A DNA stretch of 64,000 bases, from contig JBGQLP010000013.1 of assembly GCA_041500125.1 (NCBI GenBank), positions 516 through 64,515 on the forward strand, given 5' to 3'. The stretch comes from Gemmatimonadota bacterium. Its GTDB lineage: Bacteria > Gemmatimonadota > Gemmatimonadetes > Gemmatimonadales > GWC2-71-9. The notes beneath the pieces are model-generated. The model ran no database searches, was not told the origin of the DNA, and saw only the letters and a program-made list of their open reading frames with translations. The position numbers and the translations under genes were made by a program. Below are positions 35,839 to 44,859 of this stretch, piece after piece (position 1 is the stretch's first letter; each line of letters opens with the position of its first letter).

Positions 35839-36620
35839 TTGAGAGTGCTGACTTTGGTCTTCTGAACGATGGTGATCGGAAGCGGTTGGGGTGCGAACGA
35901 CCCGGAGATCTTGAGCGACGACTGTTGCTGCCAGGATCCGCCCAGGTACCGGCCGTCAGTCCCGACATAGTATGCGCCGCTGCCGCTGCCGCTTCCCTCG
36001 ATTCGGGCGGGCCCATTCGGAGTGGGCTGGGTGCCGGCGACCGATGAGGTGAAGTCCTCGGTCACCCGCACAGCTTTACGACTGTCGTGGGTCTCGTTTG
36101 CGGCCGCTTTGTAGGCGCTGACCCGCCGGACCGTCACACTGTCGCTGCCGGTGCCGTTGGTCTTCGCGGTCGTATCGGACCAACTCTCGCCAATCTTCAG
36201 ACCCGGCCTGGTCCAGGGATAGAAGTCGCTCAGCAGCCCCTGGATCTGGGCTGCCGCCCCAACGTTGCCGACTGGTTCCAGCCCGGCCGGCTTCCCCGAT
36301 TTTTGGACGAAGCCGCGAAATTCCGCTCCCCGGGCGCTGTCCAGTACGGCGGGCGGGATGGGCGAGGCACTGTCGCCCCGCATTGAGTCCACCACCACTC
36401 GCATGGCCTTCCCACCCGCGCTATCGGCCAGGGTCACGGTCACAAAGCTGGTGGTGCTGAACGCAATCCGCTGCTTCGCCCCGCCTGCTGCCGTGGCATC
36501 GATCTCCTGAGAGAGGGTTTGATCGATCCGGTATTTTGTGGTCGATGGCGCTCCCATCGATCCCGGTACGGCCATTCCAGTGGCGGCCAGTGCGGTGAGA
36601 CCGGCAGTACGTAACAGCAT
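35835..36620 (-). CDS. Hypothetical secreted protein (261 aa), paralogue of 34945..35838
   Basis: ATG 36620 (GGGGAAAGAG upstream) gives MLLRTAGLTALAATGMAVPGS. The track ORF extends to 36794 but that part lies over the rnpB terminator and the 3' end of rnpB. 4-nt overlap with the downstream paralogue. Confidence 0.6.
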   Translation of the reverse strand: MLLRTAGLTALAATGMAVPGSMGAPSTTKYRIDQTLSQEIDATAAGGAKQRIAFSTTSFVTVTLADSAGGKAMRVVVDSMRGDSASPIPPAVLDSARGAEFRGFVQKSGKPAGLEPVGNVGAAAQIQGLLSDFYPWTRPGLKIGESWSDTTAKTNGTGSDSVTVRRVSAYKAAANETHDSRKAVRVTEDFTSSVAGTQPTPNGPARIEGSGSGSGAYYVGTDGRYLGGSWQQQSSLKISGSFAPQPLPITIVQKTKVSTLK

Positions 36621-36667
36621 CTCTTTCCCCAAGGAAGTTCGAGCCAGATAAGGTAACCGGCTAGCTA

Positions 36668-36705
36668 GGCCAAAACCAACAGCCCCCCGGAAGGTCTCCG
36701 GGGGG
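36668..36705 (-). terminator. Rho-independent terminator of rnpB
   Basis: Minus strand CCCCCCGG-AGACCTT-CCGGGGGG (36705-36683) followed by CTGTTGGTTTTGG. Confidence 0.65.
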
Positions 36706-36711
36706 CCGTCG

Positions 36712-37098
36712 CTGGTCGAGCCGTAAGCCGAGTTCTGTTTCCCGGGGGTTCCCCGGGAGATGGTCATCTGTCTGGGATGGCCGTCGCCGGCCACCTCTAG
36801 CAGCCTACCCGCGGCTTACCGAAATCGGTCGGTGTGGGTCACACCTCGCCGCCTATTTGGCCTTGCTCCGACTGGGGGTTACCCTGCCACCACTGTTACC
36901 AGCGGTGCGGTGGGCTCTTACCCCACCGTTTCACCCTTACCCTTAGCTCGGGTCTTTCGACCCAATTTCCGGGCGGTCTGTTCTCTGTGGCCCTGTCCGT
37001 CGCCTTGCGGCGCCCAGGAGTTACCTGGCAGTCTACCCGATGGAGCTCGGACTTTCCTCGGGCACCTTGCGGCACCCGCGACCATCGTGCTCGACCAG
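36712..37098 (-). ncRNA. rnpB: RNase P RNA, bacterial type A
   Basis: Minus strand contains CGAGGAAAGTCCGAGCTCC (the universally conserved GAGGAAAGUCCGGGCUCC-type region) and ACAGAACTCGGCTTAC (conserved ACAGAACCCGGCUUA-type region). The 5' CTGGTCGAGC pairs with the 3' GCTCGACCAG to form P1. About 387 nt; ends are approximate. Confidence 0.85.
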
Positions 37099-37183
37099 TG
37101 GGTAGAAGATAACAAGGCTGGGGGCTTGGTGCTAGGAGCTTTGGACGCTAACTGCAATTCTTATCGTGCTTTCCAGGTCCCAG

Positions 37184-40100
37184 CTATCCCGCATGCCCTA
37201 CCCTCGCCAACCCTCGCTGCGCCTGTTGGATGAAAGGCAGCAGCGCGGGATCGGCGGCCTTCCACTGGGCCAGAACCTGGCGGTATTCCTCTCTGGCCTC
37301 GGCTCGCCGGCCCAATCGCTCATACGCCGCCCCCCGCAGCAGCCGGACCCGCCCGAGCATGCCCCAGCGCGAGTCGAAGCCACCGGTTTGGAGCGCCGAA
37401 GGCTGAAAACCTTCGAGCATTCGAAGGGTCGTCTCATAGTCCCCCAGCAGATAGTACGCCTGGGCGACGAAGGGCTTGGTGTAGACCATGTACATGTACT
37501 TGCCAAACTCCGACGAGTCGGGCTCCGCCAGCGTCCGGCGGGCGCCCACCGAGTCTCCCCGGCTCACGGCGAGAAGCGCCCGCACGGCCTTCAGAGTTGG
37601 CTCTCCCGAGATAGCCTGAAGCTCGTTCAGTGCGGTTGGGTCTGCCGCGAGACCGGTGAAGAGGCCGATTGCCGCGGTGGCACCGCTATGCGCGATGTGC
37701 TTTCGCTCGTCGGGTGGGGCCATGCGTGCCGCCTCAGCCGTGCCTTGCCAGATCTGGCGTAGCGCGGATGTGGGGCCACCCGCCGCGGCATACAGCTCGC
37801 CGAGTACAATGCGGCGCCATGATTCGCCCTTCGGGCCAGCCGAGTTTGGGTGATGAATGACTTCCCGCCGTACCTGGTCGGCCAGGTCCAGCGCCTTTGC
37901 CGCGTTGGTGAGGTCGCCCTGGTAGGCAAAGACGTTGGCTGCCGCGGCGATGTCACTCACCACCGTAGGAGTGCCCTGGTAAGGCCGGAAATCCTGCGGC
38001 GCCATCGTGTCGAGTGCGGTGCGGAGTTGAGCAGCGGCGCGGTCGATGTCACCGGAGGCAAACCGCACCCGCGCCTCGACGAATGGAAGCTCCGGGTGCA
38101 AGGGAGTGGCCAAGCGGAATCGCTCGACCTCGGACAGCGCTCCGTTGTAGTTGCGGGCGGATACGTACGCGTCCACCATCGCGCCATGGGCGCGCAAGGT
38201 GGTGGGCTGACTCGAGACCCAAGTCCGGGCGGAAGCCAATGCCTCGGCGCGAGCCCGTTGTACCGCGGCTCGTACAGTCAGGCTGTCCATCAGCGGCCGG
38301 CCGGCCGGGGTCCGGGTGACGGCGAACGAATCGGCGGCGAGCAATGCGTACAACGGCGGATCTACCGCTGCCAGGCTCAGCATGCCCTGCACGTGCTCGT
38401 AGGCCAGAGCGTAGTTAGGGTCGAGGGCGAGCGTCCGTTTGAATGCCCGGATTGCATGGGTCCACGCTGGGGCCTCGTTGGGGCCGGCGGTGTCGTGGAA
38501 CCAGGCCTCTCCCAGTCCATACCACGCGTCCGCATCTCCGGCATCACGGGCGATGAGCTGCTGGTAAAGCCCGCGGGCCTCGGGAAACTCCCGCCCGATG
38601 AATGCGCGATACGCATTGATCACCGTGCGCTCGTGCGCCGGCAGGTTGCCGGAATAGGTGGTGGCCCGAAGGAGGGCCCGGTCGGAGATGGAATCGTCCA
38701 TACCCACGATCCATCCGCGGGTGAGCGCCAGCTTGTAGTAGGCCAGACCGAAGGTGCTATCCACCGCAATAGCCCGCTCCAGGTCCCGTTCCGCACCGGC
38801 TAGATCCCAATGATTGAGCTGCTCAACGCCACTCAGGTAGGATCGGAACGCCTCCAGTGATCCGGTGGTCGCCCAGGCGAGTCCGATTTTTATTTCGTTT
38901 GGCGCGCCCGAGAGATCCAGAAGCCTGGCCGCCAGCTGGTCGAACATCGGCCGGACGTCGGTTCCGGGGCGCCCGTCGGCTCGGGCGACGTCGACCCGCT
39001 TGCCGGTTGCCACATCGTAGACCCGAGCCACCAGATGCAGCGAGTCACCTGCGGGGGCGAAGTCGCCCAGCACCACGGTCCAGACTCCCGCTTCCCGGGC
39101 CAGGCGGCGGGCCATGTCGAGTCCGATGTCGTCGCCCACCTTGAGACGGTGTTGCGCCAGCAGGTCATGCAGGCGCTCGTGGTCCACCACCGTGAGGTCG
39201 TTCCACTGCGACAAGTTGAGTCCCAGCATGCTGACGCTGCCGTCGCGTAGCCAATCGACCGAGCGGTCATCCCGCAGGTTGTCGAATGGCAACACCAGGA
39301 TGGAGTGGCGGGGGTTGACCCCCCGCGGTGGCCCCGGGCTCCGCCGCGCCAGGCCCACGGTGGCCGTGAGGATCACGAGCGCCACCGCTCCCAGAGCGAG
39401 CAACTGGTGGCGGACCCGGCGATCGCGACGCGGCGCGGCCCGCTCGCCTGATACCGCCTGGCGAAACTCCTCTCCGGTTTGCCACCGTTCGTCCGGTTGT
39501 TTCTCCAGCGACCGCATGATGGCGCCGGCAAGCCCCCTGGGGGTTTCCGGACGGACGCGCTCGATCGGGGTGGGCCGCTCGGCAATGTGCTTGGAGACGA
39601 CCACGCGATGTGGTCCCTGGAAGGGTGGCTGGCCGGCGAGCATCTCGTAGGCCACCACACCCAGGGCGTAGAGATCGCTCCGGGTATCGATTTCCTCCCC
39701 GGCGGCCTGCTCCGGACTCATGTACACCGGAGTGCCCACCGCCACGCCCTGACCGGTGCTCGAGCCGCCCGGATCCACCGCCACGGCACGGGCGATCCCG
39801 AAATCGGCCAGCAGGGCCCGTCCACTCCCGTGGTCAAGCAGGACGTTTTCGGGCTTGACGTCGCGATGCACCACCCCGGCGCGACCGGCTACGTCCAGCG
39901 CGGCTGCGAGATCTGAGACGATGCGGGCGGTCTCCTCCGGCGAGAGGCGCCCTTCCCGCAGGAGCCGCTGCCGAAGGCTCTCGCCGGCGACCTCGTCCAT
40001 CAGGTAATAGAGCAAACCGTCCGCGCTGCCGGCCGAGTGAACTGCAACAATGTTGGGATGGCGGAGCCGGGCGATGGTTCGAGCCTCGGCCAGGAACCGG

Positions 40101-40288
40101 CGAGTGATCGATTCGTGGGAAGCGAGCTCGGGATGAACCACCTTTACGGCAACCCGGCGGTCGAGGGTCGTGTCGGTGGCGAGGAAGACCACACCCATAC
40201 CCCCGCGACCAAGCTCCCGCTCGAGCCGATACTGAGGCCCCAGCGCCGCCTGCAACGCGGTGAACAGGTCAACGGTTATATCGCTCAC
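37184..40288 (-). CDS. Ser/Thr protein kinase with TM helix and large extracytoplasmic domain plus TPR region
   Basis: GRGGMGVVFLA...VAVKV..., HRDVKPENVLL, DFGIAR, GTPVYMSPEQ; TM HQLLALGAVALVILTATVGLA; many TPR-like repeats follow. Confidence 0.9.
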   Translation of the reverse strand: MSDITVDLFTALQAALGPQYRLERELGRGGMGVVFLATDTTLDRRVAVKVVHPELASHESITRRFLAEARTIARLRHPNIVAVHSAGSADGLLYYLMDEVAGESLRQRLLREGRLSPEETARIVSDLAAALDVAGRAGVVHRDVKPENVLLDHGSGRALLADFGIARAVAVDPGGSSTGQGVAVGTPVYMSPEQAAGEEIDTRSDLYALGVVAYEMLAGQPPFQGPHRVVVSKHIAERPTPIERVRPETPRGLAGAIMRSLEKQPDERWQTGEEFRQAVSGERAAPRRDRRVRHQLLALGAVALVILTATVGLARRSPGPPRGVNPRHSILVLPFDNLRDDRSVDWLRDGSVSMLGLNLSQWNDLTVVDHERLHDLLAQHRLKVGDDIGLDMARRLAREAGVWTVVLGDFAPAGDSLHLVARVYDVATGKRVDVARADGRPGTDVRPMFDQLAARLLDLSGAPNEIKIGLAWATTGSLEAFRSYLSGVEQLNHWDLAGAERDLERAIAVDSTFGLAYYKLALTRGWIVGMDDSISDRALLRATTYSGNLPAHERTVINAYRAFIGREFPEARGLYQQLIARDAGDADAWYGLGEAWFHDTAGPNEAPAWTHAIRAFKRTLALDPNYALAYEHVQGMLSLAAVDPPLYALLAADSFAVTRTPAGRPLMDSLTVRAAVQRARAEALASARTWVSSQPTTLRAHGAMVDAYVSARNYNGALSEVERFRLATPLHPELPFVEARVRFASGDIDRAAAQLRTALDTMAPQDFRPYQGTPTVVSDIAAAANVFAYQGDLTNAAKALDLADQVRREVIHHPNSAGPKGESWRRIVLGELYAAAGGPTSALRQIWQGTAEAARMAPPDERKHIAHSGATAAIGLFTGLAADPTALNELQAISGEPTLKAVRALLAVSRGDSVGARRTLAEPDSSEFGKYMYMVYTKPFVAQAYYLLGDYETTLRMLEGFQPSALQTGGFDSRWGMLGRVRLLRGAAYERLGRRAEAREEYRQVLAQWKAADPALLPFIQQAQRGLARVGHAG

Positions 40289-40510
40289 ATCCGAGACCGG
40301 TTAGGGTGAGTTGAAAATACATCCGGTCTGCGCCACGCCATACCGCCGAGCCTTGATTCGACCGGCAGGCGGGCTGAAACGTTGCCTGCCGGCGGCTAGT
40401 TCCATTCGCGTGCTTTTGAACCCGACGAAATCGAGCTTCGCGCCGTTTCAGATTTAATCTTCTTTGACGTAGCGGACGTACCCTCCTGCACGACCTACCA
40501 AGGGGACACA

Positions 40511-41374
40511 GTGCGTTTCAGCTCAACCGAAGGGTCGCCTACCGTCGCCACGGTGCTGCTCCCGGTCGAGCGCCCCAGGGTGGACGCGGCCGGCAGCGGC
40601 TGTTTCGCGGTACTGCACCGGGATTCCATCCCCGAGGCTGTCCGGATCGTGCGCGAGCGCCCGGTGGATGCCGTGCTCGTCTCCGTCCATCGGTGTGGGC
40701 CGGAGCAGGTGGAGGTGCTGGGTCATCTGGTGCGGGAGTTCCCCGGAATTCCCACGGTAGCACTGGTCTCTCAGCACGACCCGTCAGCCACGGAAATGCT
40801 GCTCCGCCTGGGTGCATCGGGAGTGCGCCAGGTGGTGGACGTGACTTCGCCAACCGGGTGGAACCGCCTGCGCCAAGTGGTTGGCCAACCAGCCACCCGG
40901 GCCGTCGCCCGAATTCAGGGCCCTATCCTCGACGCTCTGGCCGAAGCGCCGGCCGATGCCCGACTCTTCGTCGAGGCTCTCATCCGACTGGCCCCTGACA
41001 CTCCGACCGTCACGACTCTGGCGCAACGGCTCTACGTGCGGCCCAGCACCCTTATGTCCCGATTTGCGCGGGCGGGCCTTCCGTCGCCCAAGAATTACCT
41101 TGCCGCAATCCGCCTGGTGCATGCGGCCTACCTGTTCGAAACCGCCGGCCTGTCGGTGGCCGATGTCTCCTACCGGCTGGAATACTCTTCACCCCAGAGC
41201 TTCGGCCGCCATCTGCGGGCCATGCTTGGTCTTACGGCGCTGGAATTCAGACACCGTTTTCCCTTCTCGGTGGCGCTCAGCCGGTTCATCGAGCTGATGG
41301 TGATTCCCTACCAGACTACCTGGTCGACGTTTCACCCGGTCGCCGCCGGCAGCTGGGATAGGCGTGGCTCGTAG
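40511..41374 (+). CDS. AraC-family transcriptional regulator with an N-terminal receiver-like domain
   Basis: C-terminal TLAQRLYVRPSTLMSRFARAGLPSPKNYLAAIRLVHAAYLFETAGLSVADVSYRLEYSSPQSFGRHLRAMLGLTALEFR (two HTH units). Confidence 0.75.
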   Translation: MRFSSTEGSPTVATVLLPVERPRVDAAGSGCFAVLHRDSIPEAVRIVRERPVDAVLVSVHRCGPEQVEVLGHLVREFPGIPTVALVSQHDPSATEMLLRLGASGVRQVVDVTSPTGWNRLRQVVGQPATRAVARIQGPILDALAEAPADARLFVEALIRLAPDTPTVTTLAQRLYVRPSTLMSRFARAGLPSPKNYLAAIRLVHAAYLFETAGLSVADVSYRLEYSSPQSFGRHLRAMLGLTALEFRHRFPFSVALSRFIELMVIPYQTTWSTFHPVAAGSWDRRGS

Positions 41375-41380
41375 CGTTAC

Positions 41381-42595
41381 TCAGCGGGACAGGCGGCCGT
41401 ACTTCCGCAGCACTGCCCGGAGTTGATCGTGCGGGAGGGCGGGTACCCGAAGATCGTCGGCGCCGGTCATGGTCTTGGCGGCAAGAAGCGCATTGATAAT
41501 GGCTTCCTCAGTGGCTTGCACGGTAGCCTCGTAGATCGGATCGATGCGCTCATCCTGCAACATCGACACCGAGTTCACACCCACGCTGTCGGCGGTTCCC
41601 GTGCTTGCGGTGGAGAAGGCCAGGAACAAATCTCCCGATCCCGATCCTGCTATCCCGCCCATGCGGCCGATGCCGAGAGCAGCTCGGCGCGCCACCCGAC
41701 GCAGTTGATGGGGAAGCAACGGTGCATCGGTCGCAACGATCACGATAATCGACCCGTGCTCGCGGTCGCGTTGCTCACCCGCCGGACACCTCATCGCAGC
41801 CTGGTCCGCTGGCAGCGGGCGACTCGTGTCGTAGCAGGGTTTCGGCTCGCTCACCTCCTGACCCACCGGCACCCCGCCAATCCGTAACTGTCTCCGGAGG
41901 CCAAAATTGCACTGGACCAGCACCCCCACGGTAAAGCCTCCGTCCTGGCTCTCGATCCGCCGGCTCGCGGTGCCGATCCCACCCTTGAACCCCAGGCATT
42001 GCATTCCGGTCCCCCCGCCAACGTTTCCCTCTGCCACCGGACCCGCCTTGGCTGCTCTCAGCGCGGCGAGCACATGCTCTTTCTTGACGTGAAATCCATA
42101 GATGTCGTTCAAGTCGCCATCCCAGGTCTCGGCCACCGTGGGTAAGCAGCAGTTAAAGACTCCGGGAACCCGGGTTCGTCCCCATTCGATGATCGCATCG
42201 CGCACGGCGCCGACGCTGTTGGTATTGGTGATGGTCACGGGGTACAACAGCAGGCCGTAGTCGTCTATCCACGGAGTCCCCGTCATCTCCCCATTCCCGT
42301 TCAGGCTGAACCATCCGGCAAACACCGGAGCCAGGTCACCGGTACCTCGAGGGAACACCGCGGTCACCCCGGTCCGCACCGGACCAACGCCCACCCGGAG
42401 CCTTCCGGATCCGCTCACGATGGTTTCGTGACCCACCGCGACTCCGGGCACATCCGTAATGGCGTCCAGCAGGCCCGGCGTGCCGTCGAGCGGGATACCC
42501 AGCTCCCGCGCCCGCTCCTGCTGCACCTGGCCAGCCAGCGGAGAACCGGCCAACCAGCCGGTCACCAATGCCGCCGGCACCAGCCGTCTGATCAA
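41381..42595 (-). CDS. P1/DmpA-family (S58) aminopeptidase, secreted
   Basis: Signal peptide; GITDVPGVAVGH; GNVGGGTGMQCLGFKGGIGTASR (self-processing Ntn site pattern). Confidence 0.85.
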   Translation of the reverse strand: MIRRLVPAALVTGWLAGSPLAGQVQQERARELGIPLDGTPGLLDAITDVPGVAVGHETIVSGSGRLRVGVGPVRTGVTAVFPRGTGDLAPVFAGWFSLNGNGEMTGTPWIDDYGLLLYPVTITNTNSVGAVRDAIIEWGRTRVPGVFNCCLPTVAETWDGDLNDIYGFHVKKEHVLAALRAAKAGPVAEGNVGGGTGMQCLGFKGGIGTASRRIESQDGGFTVGVLVQCNFGLRRQLRIGGVPVGQEVSEPKPCYDTSRPLPADQAAMRCPAGEQRDREHGSIIVIVATDAPLLPHQLRRVARRAALGIGRMGGIAGSGSGDLFLAFSTASTGTADSVGVNSVSMLQDERIDPIYEATVQATEEAIINALLAAKTMTGADDLRVPALPHDQLRAVLRKYGRLSR

Positions 42596-42951
42596 GGCGT
42601 TCCCGGCGAGCGAAAGACGAAGTACACCGCTCCCACCAGGCAGAGTGCAGCCCAGAGGTAGTCCAGCTTGATCGGTTGGCGCATGTACAGCACGGCAAAG
42701 GGGGCGAACACGATCAGCGCGATCACCTCTTGCATAATCTTGAGCTGCGAGAGCGACAACGCGGTGTAGCCGATGCGGTTAGCCGGAACCTGGAGCAAGT
42801 ACTCAAAGAGCGCGATCCCCCAGCTTACGACCGCGGCGAGGTACCAGGGGCGGTCTCCCAGATTCCGCAGGTGGGCGTACCAGGCAAACGTCATGAAGAT
42901 GTTGGAGAGCGCCAGAAGACCGGCTGTGCGGAGCAGGATCGGACTGAGGAT
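42592..42951 (-). CDS. Small DMT-superfamily membrane protein (DUF486-like)
   Basis: The track ORF starts at ATG 42894 (MTFAWYAHLRNL...). The open frame upstream encodes ILSPILLRTAGLLALSNIF, the expected first TM helix. GGAGG lies 5 nt upstream of an in-frame ATC at 42951. Confidence 0.65.
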   Translation of the reverse strand: MLSPILLRTAGLLALSNIFMTFAWYAHLRNLGDRPWYLAAVVSWGIALFEYLLQVPANRIGYTALSLSQLKIMQEVIALIVFAPFAVLYMRQPIKLDYLWAALCLVGAVYFVFRSPGTP

Positions 42952-43047
42952 GGGAGCCTCCGGGTGGGTTGGTATTCCTCGGCTCGTAGAAAGCCGATGC
43001 GGGCGTGGTCTGGGTGACGACCGGGTTGGGGAACCGCCAACCGGTTC

Positions 43048-43587
43048 TCAGTTCCAGCCCATTCGTCTTCGCAGGGAGGTAATGTGAGCGACGTGATGGC
43101 GACCGTGCCAGGCGTACAACGCCAGCACCTCGTCGAGTCCCATGCTCCGTCCATGCTCCGGGTGCCGAAACCGCCGCTTGAGGTCATCCGGCGTCAGCTC
43201 GCGAAGGAGCAACACCCACCGCCGGTGGAGACTCTCCAGCAGGGCCAGTGAGATCTCGATCGGCCCGGTCCGCGCGTCCGGCAGCTCGGCCCAGCGGGCC
43301 TCTTCGTAAGGTTTGATCGTGGGCTCGTCCTCGGTGAGCGCGAGCTTGATCCGGGTGTACGCGTTCAGATGGCTGTCGGGGAGGTGGTGCACCACCTGGC
43401 GAACCGTCCACCCCTTCTCCCGATAGGGGGTGTCCAACTGTGCCGGTGTGAGGCCCGCTATCGCAGAGCGTAGATGGTCCGGGGCGGCCGCGATCTCATC
43501 TATCCACTGCATTCGCCGGCCAGGATCCGCCTTTCCGTCAAACCGAAACGGCCCGATCGGGTACCTGGCGTCCTCCATGTTACTCAT
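43048..43587 (-). CDS. DinB/YfiT-family metal-dependent (thiol-transferase-like) protein
   Basis: YPIGPF...WIDEIAAAPDHLRSAIAGLTPAQLDTPYREKGWTVRQVVHHLPDSHLNAYTR...LYAWHGRHHVAHI. ATG 43587. Confidence 0.85.
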   Translation of the reverse strand: MSNMEDARYPIGPFRFDGKADPGRRMQWIDEIAAAPDHLRSAIAGLTPAQLDTPYREKGWTVRQVVHHLPDSHLNAYTRIKLALTEDEPTIKPYEEARWAELPDARTGPIEISLALLESLHRRWVLLLRELTPDDLKRRFRHPEHGRSMGLDEVLALYAWHGRHHVAHITSLRRRMGWN

Positions 43588-44392
43588 CGTCTCGGTCCGC
43601 CGCGCGCGAGGTACGGGGGATCCTGGGCGCCCCATCGGGCGTTTCCCCCCGAAACTCGAAGTGCTCTTCGTTCAGGATCCGCTCCTGAATGGGGGCCTCC
43701 GAGATCTCCAAGAGGAGGAGGCGGGCCAGGACAACCTCCGCTATCCGTGCCGCCGGCTCCCACTGTCCCGGGGTCAGCGTTGGATAGAGATCTGCAAACT
43801 CCGGGCGCAACCGCGCTTCCCGCATGTGAGAGCCGTCCTCCTGTTCCTCGATCCTATCCTCTCCCCGCACGGTGCGCCATACCTCGGCGCGCGCTGAGCC
43901 CCGCTTTTCGGGGGCGAATGTGGCCAGCGGTCCCCGGGTCTTGCGGAGAAGAATCTCGGAATAACCCTCGACGATGTAGTTGGTGAGCTCGCCTACCACG
44001 CGATAGCCCAGGCGTTCGTAGAGTCGTTGGGCGTCATGATTGAAGGAGGACACACACATGAACACGTTGGGCGATTCCTCCAGGATCCGATCCTCCGCAA
44101 ACTGAACCAGGCGCGATCCGAGGCCCTGACCTCGTCGGTCGGATTGAATGCAGATCGTTTGGATGTAGCCCACGAACGCACCGGTCATGCACAGGATAAG
44201 AAACCCCGCGAGCCCGACATCGTCGCGGGCAACGTAGACCTCCCGGGTCGGATCCTGCACCATCCTGAGCGATGTCTCGTAGGTTCGTCCCAGGGTTATC
44301 CAGGGCTCCGAACTCGCCATGAGACGGGCGCAAGCCTGGGCCTCAGCCTCGTTCGCCAGTCGCTCAATCAAAAGCGCCGGCGCCGAGGTCAT
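43580..44392 (-). CDS. GNAT N-acetyltransferase fused to a C-terminal REARLRPE...HFEFRG domain
   Basis: GNAT core (YIQTICIQSDRRGQGLGSRLVQFAE...RLYERLGYRVVGE) followed in frame by ...SHMREARLRPEFADLYPTLTPGQWEPAA...HFEFRG. ATG 44392 forms an ATGA overlap with the HIT-like stop (alternative GTG 44398). Confidence 0.75.
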   Translation of the reverse strand: MTSAPALLIERLANEAEAQACARLMASSEPWITLGRTYETSLRMVQDPTREVYVARDDVGLAGFLILCMTGAFVGYIQTICIQSDRRGQGLGSRLVQFAEDRILEESPNVFMCVSSFNHDAQRLYERLGYRVVGELTNYIVEGYSEILLRKTRGPLATFAPEKRGSARAEVWRTVRGEDRIEEQEDGSHMREARLRPEFADLYPTLTPGQWEPAARIAEVVLARLLLLEISEAPIQERILNEEHFEFRGETPDGAPRIPRTSRAADRDDE

Positions 44393-44859
44393 CGCCACTC
44401 CTGCCGCACCCGCTCGGCCGCCGCCGCACGGTCCGCTGGACTCGGGTTCCGCAGCACGCCGGTCTTGCGAAGCAGATTGCGCACTCGCCTATAAACATCC
44501 GAGATCACGTGCCCCCGCGGCATATCTGACGTCCTCGGGAGCAGCAGGAAGTGCACGTGGCGCAGTCGCTCATTGAAGGAAACGGCATAGATCCGCTCGG
44601 CCACGACTGCACGCTCCAGAGCTTGCACCGCCGTCTGAAGAATCGGCCCGAGCGCCTTGGCCTCGGCGGGTGTGAGCGCGGCCAGAGACTCGCAGTGCCG
44701 CCGAGTCTTGACGATCAGCTCCCCGGGATCGGTGAAGGGCCCGGTATGGTGGCTGACGAACCAGAGGCCGTCATCCAGAATGACCCCGCCGGGTGCGGAG
44801 AGTTGACCAGCCACCTCGGCGCACGCGGCACAAGCGAGATGCGCTCCTGATGAGCTCAT
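44389..44859 (-). CDS. HIT-like protein with a degenerate histidine triad
   Basis: MSSSGAHLACAAC...VSHHTGPF...IVKTRRHCESLAALTPAE...RLRHVHFLLLPR: H-x-H-x-L rather than H-x-H-x-H. ATG 44859 overlaps the upstream stop (ATGA). The rest of track ORF 44389..45267 is rejected. Confidence 0.65.
   Translation of the reverse strand: MSSSGAHLACAACAEVAGQLSAPGGVILDDGLWFVSHHTGPFTDPGELIVKTRRHCESLAALTPAEAKALGPILQTAVQALERAVVAERIYAVSFNERLRHVHFLLLPRTSDMPRGHVISDVYRRVRNLLRKTGVLRNPSPADRAAAAERVRQEWR

Noticed and set aside
36621-37233. ORF extensions and ORFs across 36.6-37.2 kb (35835..36794 N-terminus, 36760..37233, 36834..37112, 36918..37157)
   Set aside because: The region is RNase P RNA plus its terminator. 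The conserved RNA motifs and P1 pairing explain it better than any protein.
40362-40392. 9-bp perfect hairpin CCGGCAGGC-N13-GCCTGCCGG in the STK/AraC divergent spacer, as a terminator
   Set aside because: No T-run follows on either strand, and both flanking genes point away from it. It may be an operator or an RNA leader structure, but I cannot support a call.
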